Shown piece by piece: positions 19,989-30,545 of a stretch of DNA of 64,000 nt; position 1 is the stretch's first letter; every line of letters starts with the position of its first letter. The translations under genes were made by a program, and so were the position numbers. The notes below the pieces were generated by a model. That model was not told where the DNA came from, did no database searches, and saw nothing but the letters and a program-made list of their open reading frames with translations. This stretch comes from Clostridia bacterium (GTDB taxonomy: Bacteria > Bacillota > Clostridia > UBA1212 > UBA1255): contig JAFZEI010000053.1 in NCBI GenBank assembly GCA_017560765.1, forward strand, positions 48-64,047, written 5' to 3'.

Positions 19989-21104
19989 TTATTTAAATAA
20001 ATTTTTCTTTTCTATAACTAAAGGGAATGTTTCATTACCCTTGAGCTCTGTACCTTCTTCGATGTCAACATTCTTATCAATAATTACATGAGAAAGCTTG
20101 GCACCTTTATGAATTCTGATATTCTGCAAGATAATGCAGTTTTCTATTTCTACGTCATCTTCAATATCAACGTATCGACCAATGACAGAATTTTTCACCT
20201 TTCCTCTGATTATGCAGCCATCTGCAATAAGAGAATTTTCAACCTCACAGCCTTTTACATATAACGTGGGAGGCTCATCTTTTATTTTTGTATAAATAGG
20301 CCTGTCAGAACGGAATAATTTGTCGCTTACTTCCGGTGTAAGCATCTTCATATTGCTTCTGTAATATGAAGAAATTGTATTTATACAAAGAACAATACCA
20401 TCATATTTATATGTGTTAACATTGAGATTAACCATTTCATTAAAAATAAAACTTATAAAACTCTTAGAGTCAAGATTATGAGCACTTTTATAAATAAGTT
20501 CTACTAATTTTTCCTTTTTCATAAGGAATATTTCCATACAAATATTTGCATTTTGGCTAAAACCTATATTCTTACCAACACCCAAAAGGCGATTTGTTTT
20601 ATCATCAATATCAAGTGTATAACAATTAAGGAACTCCGAATCAGCCTCATCTGTTGACTTGTATACAACGGTCATATCTGCACCGGATGCTTCATGTGCA
20701 TGTACAACATCAGCCAAATCCATATTACAAACCATATAGGATGATGCTAAAATAACATTGTCGCTGTGACTTCTGTAAATATATTCCATGTTATTTTTAA
20801 GAAGCTTAGAATCATGGTTTACAAAGTCACATAATCCGTGATTAAAAACAAATAAACCGTCAATTTTTCTGTTCAAATCCCAAGCTTTTCCTGTACCGAC
20901 ATGGTCTGTAAGAGAACGAGAATTAGTACCCGAAAAAATACCCACATTTTGTATTCCGCAGTTAACAATATTTGAAAGAATAAAGTCAATTACACGATAA
21001 CGGCTGCCAAGCGGAATAGAAGCAATCGGTCTGTTCGTTGTAAGACTTCTTATGTCATTTTCATTTTCATCTAAATTAATTATTGCCATATAATCCTTAA
21101 TCAT
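19989..21104 (-). CDS. glgD: Glucose-1-phosphate adenylyltransferase regulatory subunit GlgD
   Basis: It resembles GlgC but lacks the GGxGxRL loop, and it follows glgC as in Bacillus. The start was moved to the ATG at 21104, with AAGGAGG (rev-comp of 21113-21119) 8 nt upstream. The track start at 21206 would overlap glgC by 89 nt. Confidence 0.88.
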   Translation of the reverse strand: MIKDYMAIINLDENENDIRSLTTNRPIASIPLGSRYRVIDFILSNIVNCGIQNVGIFSGTNSRSLTDHVGTGKAWDLNRKIDGLFVFNHGLCDFVNHDSKLLKNNMEYIYRSHSDNVILASSYMVCNMDLADVVHAHEASGADMTVVYKSTDEADSEFLNCYTLDIDDKTNRLLGVGKNIGFSQNANICMEIFLMKKEKLVELIYKSAHNLDSKSFISFIFNEMVNLNVNTYKYDGIVLCINTISSYYRSNMKMLTPEVSDKLFRSDRPIYTKIKDEPPTLYVKGCEVENSLIADGCIIRGKVKNSVIGRYVDIEDDVEIENCIILQNIRIHKGAKLSHVIIDKNVDIEEGTELKGNETFPLVIEKKNLFK

Positions 21105-21117
21105 GGTACAAACCTCC

Positions 21118-22263
21118 TTAATCCATCTTTGCTTGAGACAATATAACTTTATTGCTGTCAATAACGGCAATATCTTTTCCATTTCCGATAGCATTATGTG
21201 CCTCAACTTTTACATTTTCAAGTATTATGCTTTTACTTATTATTACATTATCCTCAATAACAGAATTCTCCATAATAATTGAATTCTCAATTCGAGTATT
21301 TTTGCCAACATAAACACCCGGAAAAACTATAGAATTAATAAGCTGTCCGTAAATGACACAACCTTCTGTAACGACTGAATTTTCCAACCGCGCATCAGGC
21401 CCTATGTACTGTGACGGTCTTGCCTCGGTAGAAGTATAAATTTTCCAATCATTGGCAAAGAGTTCTACATCGTTATCGGGGCTCAAAAGATCCATGTGTG
21501 CCTCCCAATAACTATCTACAGTTCCCACATCTTTCCAATAACCATTAAAGCTGTATGCAACTAATTTTTCACCATTATTTAACATAGAAGGAATGATATT
21601 TTTGCCAAAATCATTTTCGGAATCCTTATCTTCTGCATCTGCAATCAGATATTTCTTTAACTTGTCATAAGTAAAAATGTATATACCCATAGAAGCGAGC
21701 GTGCTTTTAGGGTTAGCAGGTTTTTCCTCGAATGACTCAATGACACCATCTTCATTTGTGTTCATAATGCCAAAACGAGAAGCTTCTGAAAGCGGAACAT
21801 CAATTACGGCAATTGTAGCATCAGCGCCGGAATCAATATGATGCTTAAGCATTTTTCTGTAATCCATTTTATATATGTGGTCTCCGGACAAAATAAGAAC
21901 ATATCCCGGGTTGTAACCCTCAAGGAAATTGAGATTTTGATATATAGCATTTGCAGTACCCTTATACCAGTCGCCGCCAACTTCTGTCATATACGGCGGA
22001 AGTGTCGCAATACCTCCGTGAACTCTGTCGAAATCCCATGGAGTACCTATTCCTATATGAGCATTAAGTACTTGAGGCTTGTATTGCGTAAGTATACCAA
22101 CAGTATCAATACCTGAATTACAACAATTACTCAGTGCAAAATCAATTATCCTGTATTTGCCACCGAAAGGAACTGCAGGTTTTGCCATTTGCTTTGTAAG
22201 CAAACCCAATCTGCTACCCTGTCCTCCGGCAAGTATCATAGCCACCATATTTTTCTTTGCCAC
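21118..22263 (-). CDS. glgC: Glucose-1-phosphate adenylyltransferase
   Basis: [10 protein letters not shown] motif. The likely start is the GTG at 22263, 8 nt after AAGGAG. The track start GTG at 22272 overlaps that RBS. Confidence 0.9.
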   Translation of the reverse strand: MAKKNMVAMILAGGQGSRLGLLTKQMAKPAVPFGGKYRIIDFALSNCCNSGIDTVGILTQYKPQVLNAHIGIGTPWDFDRVHGGIATLPPYMTEVGGDWYKGTANAIYQNLNFLEGYNPGYVLILSGDHIYKMDYRKMLKHHIDSGADATIAVIDVPLSEASRFGIMNTNEDGVIESFEEKPANPKSTLASMGIYIFTYDKLKKYLIADAEDKDSENDFGKNIIPSMLNNGEKLVAYSFNGYWKDVGTVDSYWEAHMDLLSPDNDVELFANDWKIYTSTEARPSQYIGPDARLENSVVTEGCVIYGQLINSIVFPGVYVGKNTRIENSIIMENSVIEDNVIISKSIILENVKVEAHNAIGNGKDIAVIDSNKVILSQAKMD

Positions 22264-22296
22264 GCTTACCACTCCTTAATCATTCATTAATTATTA

Positions 22297-24183
22297 TCAG
22301 CTACGAAATACCGGCTTGTAAACTACTGCGCTATATCCCGGAAGCTTAATTTTTATACTGAAAGGCATATCATTTCTGCCCTCATTTATAACTTTACAAT
22401 TTACAGAAACTCCATCATCACCATTAGAAGCAAAAACTTTGTGATATTCTGCATCGTCAGGCACACCGACTATAAAATCAGAATGTTCAACAGGTGTGAA
22501 ATTACAAACCACAACAAGGTGATCGTGTTCATCTTTAGAATATCTGACATACGACAATATACTGTAATCAGCATCGTCTGCATTTATCCATCTAAAACCT
22601 GAATAATCATCGTCAACTTCCCACAATGCTTTATTAGACAAATAGAAAGCATTCAATGCCTTTACATAATCCTTCATCGATGCATGAATCGGAAAATCTA
22701 ACATTTTCCACTCAAGCGCTTCATAAAATCTCCATTCCAAAAACGGAGCAAACTCATTACCCATAAAAGAAAGTTTCTTGCCGGGATGAGTCAACATAAA
22801 CAAATAATATAATCTGAGAGCTCTGAATTTTGAATCATAATCTCCAAACATTTTATCTATCATTGCTTTTTTGCCATGGACTACCTCATCATGAGATAAT
22901 GGCAAAATAAAGTTTTCTTTGAAAATATACATCAAAGAAAAATTCATAAGATTATGATGCCATTTTCTGAAAACAGGATCAATACCTACATATTTTAATG
23001 TATCATTCATCCAGCCCATACACCATTTAAACGAAAAACCAAGCCCACCTTCATTAACAGGCTTTGTTACATCGGGCCATGCACTGGAATCCTCTGCAAT
23101 CATTAAAGGATTTTTAATATTTTCAAAAATTGCTGTATTGAGCTCTTTAAGAAACCAAATCCCCTCTAATTTATCTCTCCCGCCAAAAACATTTTTAAGA
23201 TTAGGATTTGAAATCCTCTCATAATCTATATATATCATATTAGCGACGGCATCAACTCTTAAGCCGTCAACATGGTATTCTTTGAGAAAATAAATAGCAT
23301 TTGATATTAAAAAGCTTCTGACTTCGCCCTTACCATAATCAAAATTAGCAGTTCCCCAGAGAAGGTTCTCCCTATAGTCGCGGTCAGTAGGCTCATAAGC
23401 CCAATTTCCGTCGAAATTATACAAGCCTGACTCGTCTTTACAAAAATGGGCAGGAACCCAGTCAAGAATGACGCCAATTCCGCAGCTGTGCATTTTATCG
23501 ACAAAATATTTAAAATCCTCCGGTGAACCGTAACGACTTGTAATGCAGTAATAGCTAAGCGTTTGATATCCCCAAGAATCATCGAGAGGATGCTCTGAAA
23601 CAGGCATAACCTCTACGTGAGTATAATTCATGTCTTTAAGATATTCGGCAAGCTCATCAGCAATCACTCTGTAATTAAGAAATGAATTCGAAGAAACGTC
23701 TCTTTTCCATGAACCAAGGTGAACCTCATAAATATTCATAGGACTGTGAACATAATCATGTTTTGCCCTTTTTTGCATCCATGATCTATCATGCCATTTA
23801 AAAGGTTTATTCTCGTACACAATTGAGGCAGTGTCAGGACGCAATTCACCTGTAATCGCAAACGGATCTGACTTTAAAACGCGGCGAAAATCCTGGTACT
23901 CAACGAGATACTTATATTTGTTGCCAAATTGTGCCTCAGTGGTAAAAAACGTCCATATTCCGTTTTCGTCCTTATTCATATATCCTGAAAGAGGGTCTCT
24001 TCTACCCCATTCATTAAAATCACTGACAACCCTTATACTTCGTGCTGAAGGAGCCCACACCGTAAAAAGTATACCTTTTTGTGAATCATTGACATATTCA
24101 TGGCTACCAAAAATTTTATAACAATCAATTGATTTACCATTTAAAAAGTCTGTTATTTTTTTCTTGGAAAAATATTCAGACAA
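22297..24183 (-). CDS. glgB: 1,4-alpha-glucan branching enzyme
   Basis: 628 aa GH13_9-like, with DGLRVDAVANM and IAEDSSAWP. TTG start at 24183, 8 nt after AAAGGGGG. Confidence 0.92.
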   Translation of the reverse strand: MSEYFSKKKITDFLNGKSIDCYKIFGSHEYVNDSQKGILFTVWAPSARSIRVVSDFNEWGRRDPLSGYMNKDENGIWTFFTTEAQFGNKYKYLVEYQDFRRVLKSDPFAITGELRPDTASIVYENKPFKWHDRSWMQKRAKHDYVHSPMNIYEVHLGSWKRDVSSNSFLNYRVIADELAEYLKDMNYTHVEVMPVSEHPLDDSWGYQTLSYYCITSRYGSPEDFKYFVDKMHSCGIGVILDWVPAHFCKDESGLYNFDGNWAYEPTDRDYRENLLWGTANFDYGKGEVRSFLISNAIYFLKEYHVDGLRVDAVANMIYIDYERISNPNLKNVFGGRDKLEGIWFLKELNTAIFENIKNPLMIAEDSSAWPDVTKPVNEGGLGFSFKWCMGWMNDTLKYVGIDPVFRKWHHNLMNFSLMYIFKENFILPLSHDEVVHGKKAMIDKMFGDYDSKFRALRLYYLFMLTHPGKKLSFMGNEFAPFLEWRFYEALEWKMLDFPIHASMKDYVKALNAFYLSNKALWEVDDDYSGFRWINADDADYSILSYVRYSKDEHDHLVVVCNFTPVEHSDFIVGVPDDAEYHKVFASNGDDGVSVNCKVINEGRNDMPFSIKIKLPGYSAVVYKPVFRS

Positions 24184-24344
24184 ATGTCAAACCCCCTTTA
24201 AATATACTAGAATAAGTATTACACTGTTACACTCTTTTTAAACAATACAAAATTAATTGTTTATTAACAAATTGTAACTTATTAATGCTTGTTTGTCAAC
24301 CGGACGAATAATCGTTCCAAACCGATTGCCAACGTGTATTTTTC

Positions 24345-26141
24345 ATGCTAAAATTTAATTGTAATTTTAATTTTGAAAGTGGCGATTTTTTGGAACAAAA
24401 ATTTTATTTTACGCTAATGTGGCCCGATTATGATTCAGGTCGCAAAACAGAAGCCGATATACGAAGCGGCAAATTATCCCTGTTTAATCAAGATTTATTG
24501 GAACGTGATGTTAATGCCGAAATGCTCCTTGAAGGTATGGAAATCCGCAATGAGAATAAAGGCTATATAAAAATGCGCCTTATGGACATGGTGCTTGATG
24601 ATAAAATAATAAAATACAGACAAGACGTATTAAAAGATTTTATGGAGCATCCCGAAATAGAACAAGCTTTTGACTCAACTTTATTACCTTTAATTACAAG
24701 ATTAAGAGAAATGAGAAAAGCTAATATATCCCATGATGACAGTTCTCGTAAAACTGCTTGGCGTATCGAAATGCTTAAAATGTACATGCAATGCGTTGAT
24801 ATGCTTTATGAGCTTATTTGCACAAAAGATAATGATTACAAATCAGAAGGAATGTGCAAACTTCGTACAATGTTGTCATCAATATATGACTCAGAAGGCT
24901 ACAAAGATTTAAAGAATATTCTTCCCGATTTATACGATAAATTACAAACTATGAAAAGTGTAACTATCGGTATAAATTTAAACAACGAATTAAGACCGGT
25001 AGAAGCAGTTTTATTGTCAATCGAAGAAAAACCTTTTAAACAAAAAGGCCTTGTCACTTCAATTTTAGGTCTTCACAAAAATGACGAAAATTATTTTGGC
25101 ATCGGTTCTTTTTATTCTATTTTAAAAGAAAATAAAGCAAATTCATTAGACCAAGGCATAATGCGTGATCTTGAAGCAGTTATGAAAGACTCTTTTAAGC
25201 ATTTGGCAGAGGTTTTAACTCGTTTTGAATGGATAGAAACAGAATTTTTATTTGAACTTCTGCCGGAAGTTTACTACTACATCGGCGGTACAAGACTTGC
25301 AAATAAACTAAAAAACGCAGGTCTTCCTGTTTGCTTCCCGCAACCTGCTCCAAAAGACGAACGTATTTTTAAGGTTAATGATATGTATGATGCAAGTTTT
25401 GCATTTCGAATTATGAGCGATATCGGTCTTGACCGTTTAGAAAATATTGTTGTTGGCAATGATGCGGAAATGTCTGATAAAGCCGGTAGAATTTTCGTAT
25501 TAACAGGTGCTAACCAAGGAGGTAAAACAACTTTTACTCGTGCACTTGGTATCTGTCAATTACTGTTCCAAGCCGGTTTTCCCATTCCCGGTACTTCAGG
25601 AAGAATCAGTCCTGTGGATAATATTTATACACACTTCCCTGAGTTAGAAAAAAATTCCATAAGTGAAGGTCGTTTGGGCGAAGAATGTATCAGATTAGAA
25701 ACAATATTACCTCGCCTTACAAAATACAGCATGATACTTATGAATGAATCACTTTCAAGCACAAGCCACCAAGAATGCTTATTTATCGCAGAAGAAATAA
25801 TGAGATATTTACGAAAAGTAGGTGCTCGTTGTGTTTTTGCCACGCATATACATGAGCTTGCCGAGAATATTCCGGAGCTTAATAAAGAGCCGGCCCTGTC
25901 GGATATGGTAAGCCTTGTTGCAGGTGTTGATGAAGGAACTGACTTTGAAGTTTTAACAGAGGAAGGACGCAAAACGCACCAAGGCTCAAAGCGTACATAC
26001 AAAATACGTCCAATGCCGCCGCAAGGCAAAAGCTTTGCACTTGATATTGCACGATCTTACGGCATAAGTTTTAAGCAGCTTTGTCAAACACACGAAGAAA
26101 AGTTTTCTGATCCTAACCTTGATCCCTCAAGAGGAAATTAA
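24345..26141 (+). CDS. MutS-related ATPase (core and domain V only; no mismatch-binding domain, no Smr)
   Basis: Walker A VLTGANQGGKTTFTRALG, Walker B ILMNESLSSTS, and ATHIHELA. The start is uncertain because no RBS precedes the ATG at 24345. An alternative TTG at 24390 is preceded by GAAAGTGG. Confidence 0.78.
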   Translation: MLKFNCNFNFESGDFLEQKFYFTLMWPDYDSGRKTEADIRSGKLSLFNQDLLERDVNAEMLLEGMEIRNENKGYIKMRLMDMVLDDKIIKYRQDVLKDFMEHPEIEQAFDSTLLPLITRLREMRKANISHDDSSRKTAWRIEMLKMYMQCVDMLYELICTKDNDYKSEGMCKLRTMLSSIYDSEGYKDLKNILPDLYDKLQTMKSVTIGINLNNELRPVEAVLLSIEEKPFKQKGLVTSILGLHKNDENYFGIGSFYSILKENKANSLDQGIMRDLEAVMKDSFKHLAEVLTRFEWIETEFLFELLPEVYYYIGGTRLANKLKNAGLPVCFPQPAPKDERIFKVNDMYDASFAFRIMSDIGLDRLENIVVGNDAEMSDKAGRIFVLTGANQGGKTTFTRALGICQLLFQAGFPIPGTSGRISPVDNIYTHFPELEKNSISEGRLGEECIRLETILPRLTKYSMILMNESLSSTSHQECLFIAEEIMRYLRKVGARCVFATHIHELAENIPELNKEPALSDMVSLVAGVDEGTDFEVLTEEGRKTHQGSKRTYKIRPMPPQGKSFALDIARSYGISFKQLCQTHEEKFSDPNLDPSRGN

Positions 26142-26162
26142 TTTTACGAAGGAGCTTCACAA

Positions 26163-26981
26163 ATGGATTATTTTAATTCTATAATAAAAAATTTACTCGA
26201 TGTCCTTGTTAAAAGCGGGCTGCGTCTTATAATCGCCTTAATTATTTTGGTGGTAGGTTTTAAACTTACAAAAGTAATCATAAAAAAAGTTACAAACGGG
26301 AAAGGTTTTAAACACATAGATATTAGTGCACAGTCGTTTATAAAAAGCTTTATAAATATTGGTTTAAAAGTACTTATTATTGTATTATGTGCCTCCGTTT
26401 TAGGTGTTCCAATGGCATCACTTGTGGCTGTTCTCGGTTCTATCGGTTTAGCAATAGGCCTTGCCCTTCAAGGCGGTCTTTCAAATGTTGCAGGCGGAGT
26501 ATTACTATTATTGTTTAAACCCTTCATTGTAGGAGATTATATAAAAACTGCAAGCGGACATGAGGGCACTGTTATAAAAGTTGACATCTTTTATACAACA
26601 TTAAAGAAAGCAGATAACACAAAGATTGTTGTACCAAACGGCGAACTTTCAAATGAAGCTATATATGATGTGTCACATTACGATACAAGGCGTGTAGATT
26701 TAAATTTTTCTACCGGCTACAAAGACGATGTACAAGGCACAATCAGGATTTTAAAGGAAGTTGCTTCAAATCATGAACTTGTACTTGATGATCCGGCACC
26801 ATTTGCTGCCCTTACCGAACATGCTGAAAGTTGTCTTAAATATACATTAAGAGTTTGGACAGATAAAGATAATTACTGGAAAGTATATTATGATCTTTGT
26901 GCTGCTGTAAAAGAAGAATTTGACAGCAGAGGAATTGAAATCCCCTATCCTCAAATGGACATACATATCAAAAACAAATAG
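26163..26981 (+). CDS. MscS-family mechanosensitive channel
   Basis: Three N-terminal TM helices, then GDYIKTASGHEGTVIKVDIFYTTLKKADNTKIVVPNGELSN (MscS beta-domain signature). GGAG RBS 8 nt upstream. Confidence 0.88.
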   Translation: MDYFNSIIKNLLDVLVKSGLRLIIALIILVVGFKLTKVIIKKVTNGKGFKHIDISAQSFIKSFINIGLKVLIIVLCASVLGVPMASLVAVLGSIGLAIGLALQGGLSNVAGGVLLLLFKPFIVGDYIKTASGHEGTVIKVDIFYTTLKKADNTKIVVPNGELSNEAIYDVSHYDTRRVDLNFSTGYKDDVQGTIRILKEVASNHELVLDDPAPFAALTEHAESCLKYTLRVWTDKDNYWKVYYDLCAAVKEEFDSRGIEIPYPQMDIHIKNK

Positions 26982-26998
26982 AAAGGTACGGATATTAA

Positions 26999-28975
26999 AT
27001 GAGCAATAATATAAACAAAGCAAAATGGATTTGGGTTATGGGTGACTTTGAGTTGTATCACTCAATATTGCTTCACTCAAGGAGAGAAGAATTTGGTATA
27101 GATCTTCCCCACTTTTGGGATTTGTCAACGCCCTACCCCAATGTTAGTTTCAGTAAAAATTTCTCAGCCAAAGAAGATACCTCCTTTAAAGTATTTGCAC
27201 ACGGAAAAGGCTATCTGACTCTTGATGATGTTCGCCATCGTCTTAATGAAGATGTATTTGTGAGTAAAGGCGACCATTCCGTAAGCGTATTTGTTATTTC
27301 TGACGGTCTCGGTCTGCCGTGTATATACATCAACAGTGAATATCTTAAAACTGATACTACATGGACTTCTACCCACATGACATCACAAATACATCCTGTA
27401 GGAGCTTATCCCGAATACTTTGAGCCTACTGATAATCCCGAAATATTCAAATTTGAATATGAGGAAATAATTCCCAAAAGTGTCAAAAAATCAAAAAACA
27501 AATTAGTAGCAGATTTCGGTAAGGAAACTTTTGCAGTTTTAAAACTTGACAATGCAAAAGCCGATACCGAGTATGAGGTATTCTATGGAGAATCTTTAGA
27601 AGAAGCTACTGATACTGAGTATACTCTTGTTCACATTAAAATTTCGGGACAAACAAGCTATACTCTCAGCGGCAGAGCTTTCAGATTTATAAATATTCAA
27701 GGTATCGATGCTGATAAAATCAATATCAAAGCTGAGTACGAGTTTTTACCATTAAAAGACAGAGCATATTTTTCTTGCAATAACAAAAAAGTATCAAATA
27801 TTTGGAATATTTGTGCCTATACTTTTCATTTGAATTCACGAGAATTTTTCCTTGATGGCATTAAACGCGACCGTTGGGTTTGGTCAGGCGATGCATACCA
27901 GTCATATATGGCAAACAATTATTTGTTCTTTAACAACGAAATTACTAAAAGGACTATCCTTGCTCTACTTGGCAAGCCACCTTATGAGCAACATATTAAC
28001 ACAATTAACGATTATTCAATGTATTTGTTGATTGCAATTAAGGAGTATTACGACAATACGGGAGATATTGATTTTATTAATTTTGTTTGGCCAAGAGCTA
28101 AAGCGTTATATGATTTTATAAGCTCTCGTACAAATGAAAAGGATTATATTTGCGCACGTCCCGGCGATTGGATTTTTATAGATTGGTCAGAAATGGATAA
28201 ATCAGGTCCTTTCTGTGCTGAGCAGATTTTGTATTGGCAAACTAAGAATTCAATGGCAAAATTGGCAGAACTTGCCGGAGAAGATTCCGAACCTTACACA
28301 AAAAGTGCTGCCACATTAAAAAAATCAATTATGAAGGACTTTTGGTCTTCTGAAAAGGGTGCCTTCATCGACTGTTATACTTCCGGCCTTAACAACGTTA
28401 CTCGCCATGCAAATATTTTTGCTGTTATTTATGATTTTGTGTGCAAAACGAAATCAAGAAGCATATATAAAAATGTACTTGAAAACGACAATATCACACA
28501 AATCACCACACCATATTTTGAATTCTTCCAATTAATAGCATACTGCAAATTAGGAGATATTAAGCACATGCAAAACAAATTTGAATCATATTGGGGCGGC
28601 ATAGTTGCACAAGGCGCAACCTCCATTTGGGAGCAGTACATTCCGTCTCGCAAAGGTGCTGAGCATTACGAAATGTACGGAATGAAGTACGGCTGTTCTC
28701 AGTGTCACGCATGGGGCAGCGGTCCAATATACCTTTTGGGCAAATACTGTTTGGGCGTATCCCCTTCTTCTGTCGGATACAAAACATTTACAGTAAAACC
28801 TAAACTTGGTAAATACAAGACAATTAAAGGCTGTGTTCCGCTACCTGAGGGTGAAGTTTACGTTGAATATACAAAGGACAAAAAGCTTCACGTTAAAGCT
28901 ACTGCCAGTGGCGGCAAACTAATCTGGAAAGGTCAAGAATATGAGCTTGTAAAAGATGAAGAAATTATAGTATAA
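26999..28975 (+). CDS. Cytoplasmic (alpha/alpha)6 glycoside hydrolase, GH78 alpha-L-rhamnosidase-like
   Basis: DGIKRDRWVWSGDAYQS resembles the RDERLGWTGDA motif of Bac_rhamnosid6H. The C-terminal ...CHAWGSGPIYLLGKYCLGVSP...FTVKP also fits. No signal peptide. The family call is from memory only. Confidence 0.6.
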   Translation: MSNNINKAKWIWVMGDFELYHSILLHSRREEFGIDLPHFWDLSTPYPNVSFSKNFSAKEDTSFKVFAHGKGYLTLDDVRHRLNEDVFVSKGDHSVSVFVISDGLGLPCIYINSEYLKTDTTWTSTHMTSQIHPVGAYPEYFEPTDNPEIFKFEYEEIIPKSVKKSKNKLVADFGKETFAVLKLDNAKADTEYEVFYGESLEEATDTEYTLVHIKISGQTSYTLSGRAFRFINIQGIDADKINIKAEYEFLPLKDRAYFSCNNKKVSNIWNICAYTFHLNSREFFLDGIKRDRWVWSGDAYQSYMANNYLFFNNEITKRTILALLGKPPYEQHINTINDYSMYLLIAIKEYYDNTGDIDFINFVWPRAKALYDFISSRTNEKDYICARPGDWIFIDWSEMDKSGPFCAEQILYWQTKNSMAKLAELAGEDSEPYTKSAATLKKSIMKDFWSSEKGAFIDCYTSGLNNVTRHANIFAVIYDFVCKTKSRSIYKNVLENDNITQITTPYFEFFQLIAYCKLGDIKHMQNKFESYWGGIVAQGATSIWEQYIPSRKGAEHYEMYGMKYGCSQCHAWGSGPIYLLGKYCLGVSPSSVGYKTFTVKPKLGKYKTIKGCVPLPEGEVYVEYTKDKKLHVKATASGGKLIWKGQEYELVKDEEIIV

Positions 28976-29008
28976 AAAAAGCAGGAGCAATAAAAGCTCC
29001 TGCTTTTT
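28974..29008. terminator. Bidirectional intrinsic terminator between the GH78-like gene and ilvE
   Basis: Stem gcaggagc (28981-28988) / gctcctgc (28995-29002), flanked by an A-run upstream and TTTTT downstream. Confidence 0.75.
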
Positions 29009-29024
29009 AAATTTCATATAAAAA

Positions 29025-30089
29025 TCAAACCTTAACTGTCCAACCCATTGTATCTTCAATCTTGCCTGATTGAATGCCTGTAATTGAATCATAAAGTTTT
29101 TGTGAAATTTTACCAATCTCACCATTGTTAATTGTCATAACGTGGTCTTCCCATTTGAGCTCGCCAACAGGAGAAATAACAGCAGCAGTACCTGTGCCGA
29201 ATACTTCATCAAGTTTACCTGCCTTGTGTGCCTCATAAACTTCGTCTATAGAGAGCTTTCTTTCTGTTACCTTGTATCCCCAACTCTTTAAAAGTGCAAT
29301 TGAAGAATCTCTTGTAACACCTGCCAAAATACTACCGTTAAGAGCAGGAGTAATTACTTCGCCATCAATAACAAAGAAAACATTCATTGTACCTACTTCT
29401 TCGATGTATTTACGCTCAATACCATCAAGCCAAAGAACCTGTGTATATTTAAGCTCGTATGCCTTCTCTTGCGCTCTGATACTTGCAGCATAGTTACCGG
29501 GTGTTTTTGCAAAACCAATACCACCACGTACTGCACGTACATAATCATCTTCTACAAAAATTTTAACGGGATTAAGTCCCTCAGGATAGTAAGCTCCAAC
29601 AGGTGAAAGGATTACCATAAACAAATATGTTTCTGCAGGTTTAACGCCGAGGAACGGGTCTGTAGCAATTATAAAAGGACGTATATAAAGTGATGTACCG
29701 GGTGCTTCAGGAATCCAATCTCTGTCGATATCAACTAATTTTCTGATAGCCTCTAAAGCAAATTCTTCATCAATTGCAGGAATGCAAAGTCTTTCGTTAG
29801 AAATATTTGCTCTTTCTAAATTCTTTTGAGGTCTAAAAAGAAGTACTTCTTTATTTGGTGTCTTATAAGCCTTTAATCCTTCAAATATACCTTGTCCGTA
29901 GTGAAAAATCATTGCTGACGGGTCAAGTGACAAAGGCGCATAAGGCTCAATTCTTGCATCATGCCAGCCTTTACCCTTTGTATAGTTCATAATGAACATA
30001 TGATCTGTAAAAATTTTACCGAAACCAAGCTTGTTCTCATCTGTAGGCTTTTGCTTCGGAGCAGTTGTTTTTGTAATTTTTATCTCCAT
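29025..30089 (-). CDS. ilvE: Branched-chain amino acid aminotransferase
   Basis: Class IV aminotransferase over its full length (..FEGLKAY.., ..GNYAAS.., ..GTAAVISPV..). The start was set at the ATG at 30089 (MEIKITK), with GGAGG 8 nt upstream. Confidence 0.92.
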   Translation of the reverse strand: MEIKITKTTAPKQKPTDENKLGFGKIFTDHMFIMNYTKGKGWHDARIEPYAPLSLDPSAMIFHYGQGIFEGLKAYKTPNKEVLLFRPQKNLERANISNERLCIPAIDEEFALEAIRKLVDIDRDWIPEAPGTSLYIRPFIIATDPFLGVKPAETYLFMVILSPVGAYYPEGLNPVKIFVEDDYVRAVRGGIGFAKTPGNYAASIRAQEKAYELKYTQVLWLDGIERKYIEEVGTMNVFFVIDGEVITPALNGSILAGVTRDSSIALLKSWGYKVTERKLSIDEVYEAHKAGKLDEVFGTGTAAVISPVGELKWEDHVMTINNGEIGKISQKLYDSITGIQSGKIEDTMGWTVKV

Positions 30090-30151
30090 AATATTATACC
30101 TCCAATGCATTTATAAATTCACTGTTTATTATAGCATTGCAAAAATATTAT

Positions 30152-30448
30152 TCAAGAAAAACTTTCTGCCTGTCTGTCAAATTTCCTGTTTCTGAAATAC
30201 AAAGCAATATCAATACTGACAATCGTTATATTAATAATATAAAAATAAAAAGCCGGCGTTATATTATTAAGCATAATTTTACCTACTATGCCTGCGATAT
30301 ATCCAAACCAAATAGCAAACAGAAATACAAAGCTTTTCCCTGCGGCACTTCTTGCCTTATATGACTTATATACGGAAAGCGGCCATGATATTCCGAAGCA
30401 TATCATCATAACAGTCTCAAGTATTTCACCAAAATTTTCAATTCCCAT
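30152..30448 (-). CDS. Small 3-TM membrane protein, PQ-loop/SemiSWEET-like
   Basis: 98 aa with three hydrophobic helices. After TM1, WPLSVYKSYKARSAAGKS resembles the PQxxKxxKxxSxxGxS PQ-loop motif with Q replaced by L. An AGGGTG RBS is present. The overlapping + strand ORF 30137-30364 has no such features. Confidence 0.45.
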   Translation of the reverse strand: MGIENFGEILETVMMICFGISWPLSVYKSYKARSAAGKSFVFLFAIWFGYIAGIVGKIMLNNITPAFYFYIINITIVSIDIALYFRNRKFDRQAESFS

Positions 30449-30545
30449 AAAATCACCCTATATACAACCTTTGTAAATGTTATTTTTACAATGAACATTA
30501 TATAAATTTTTTGCTTATACGTATAATATTTAAAATCAATACAAT

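Noticed and set aside
24184-24344. AT-rich inverted repeats (AAACAAT-N9-ATTGTTT, TTGTT-N4-AACAA) in the glgB / mutS-like divergent region, considered as cre/CcpA or other operators.
   Set aside because: There is no match to the cre core (no central CG), and such short AT-rich symmetries are expected by chance in AT-rich intergenic DNA. I could not define convincing -35/-10 boxes either.
25625-26029. 134-aa minus-strand ORF inside the MutS-like gene.
   Set aside because: It overlaps the Walker B/domain V coding region of the + strand gene. It has no RBS or motifs.
30137-30364. 75-aa + strand ORF overlapping the small membrane-protein gene.
   Set aside because: There is no RBS, and the product is Lys/Asn/Ile-rich with no structure. 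The minus-strand frame gives a clean 3-TM protein with an RBS.
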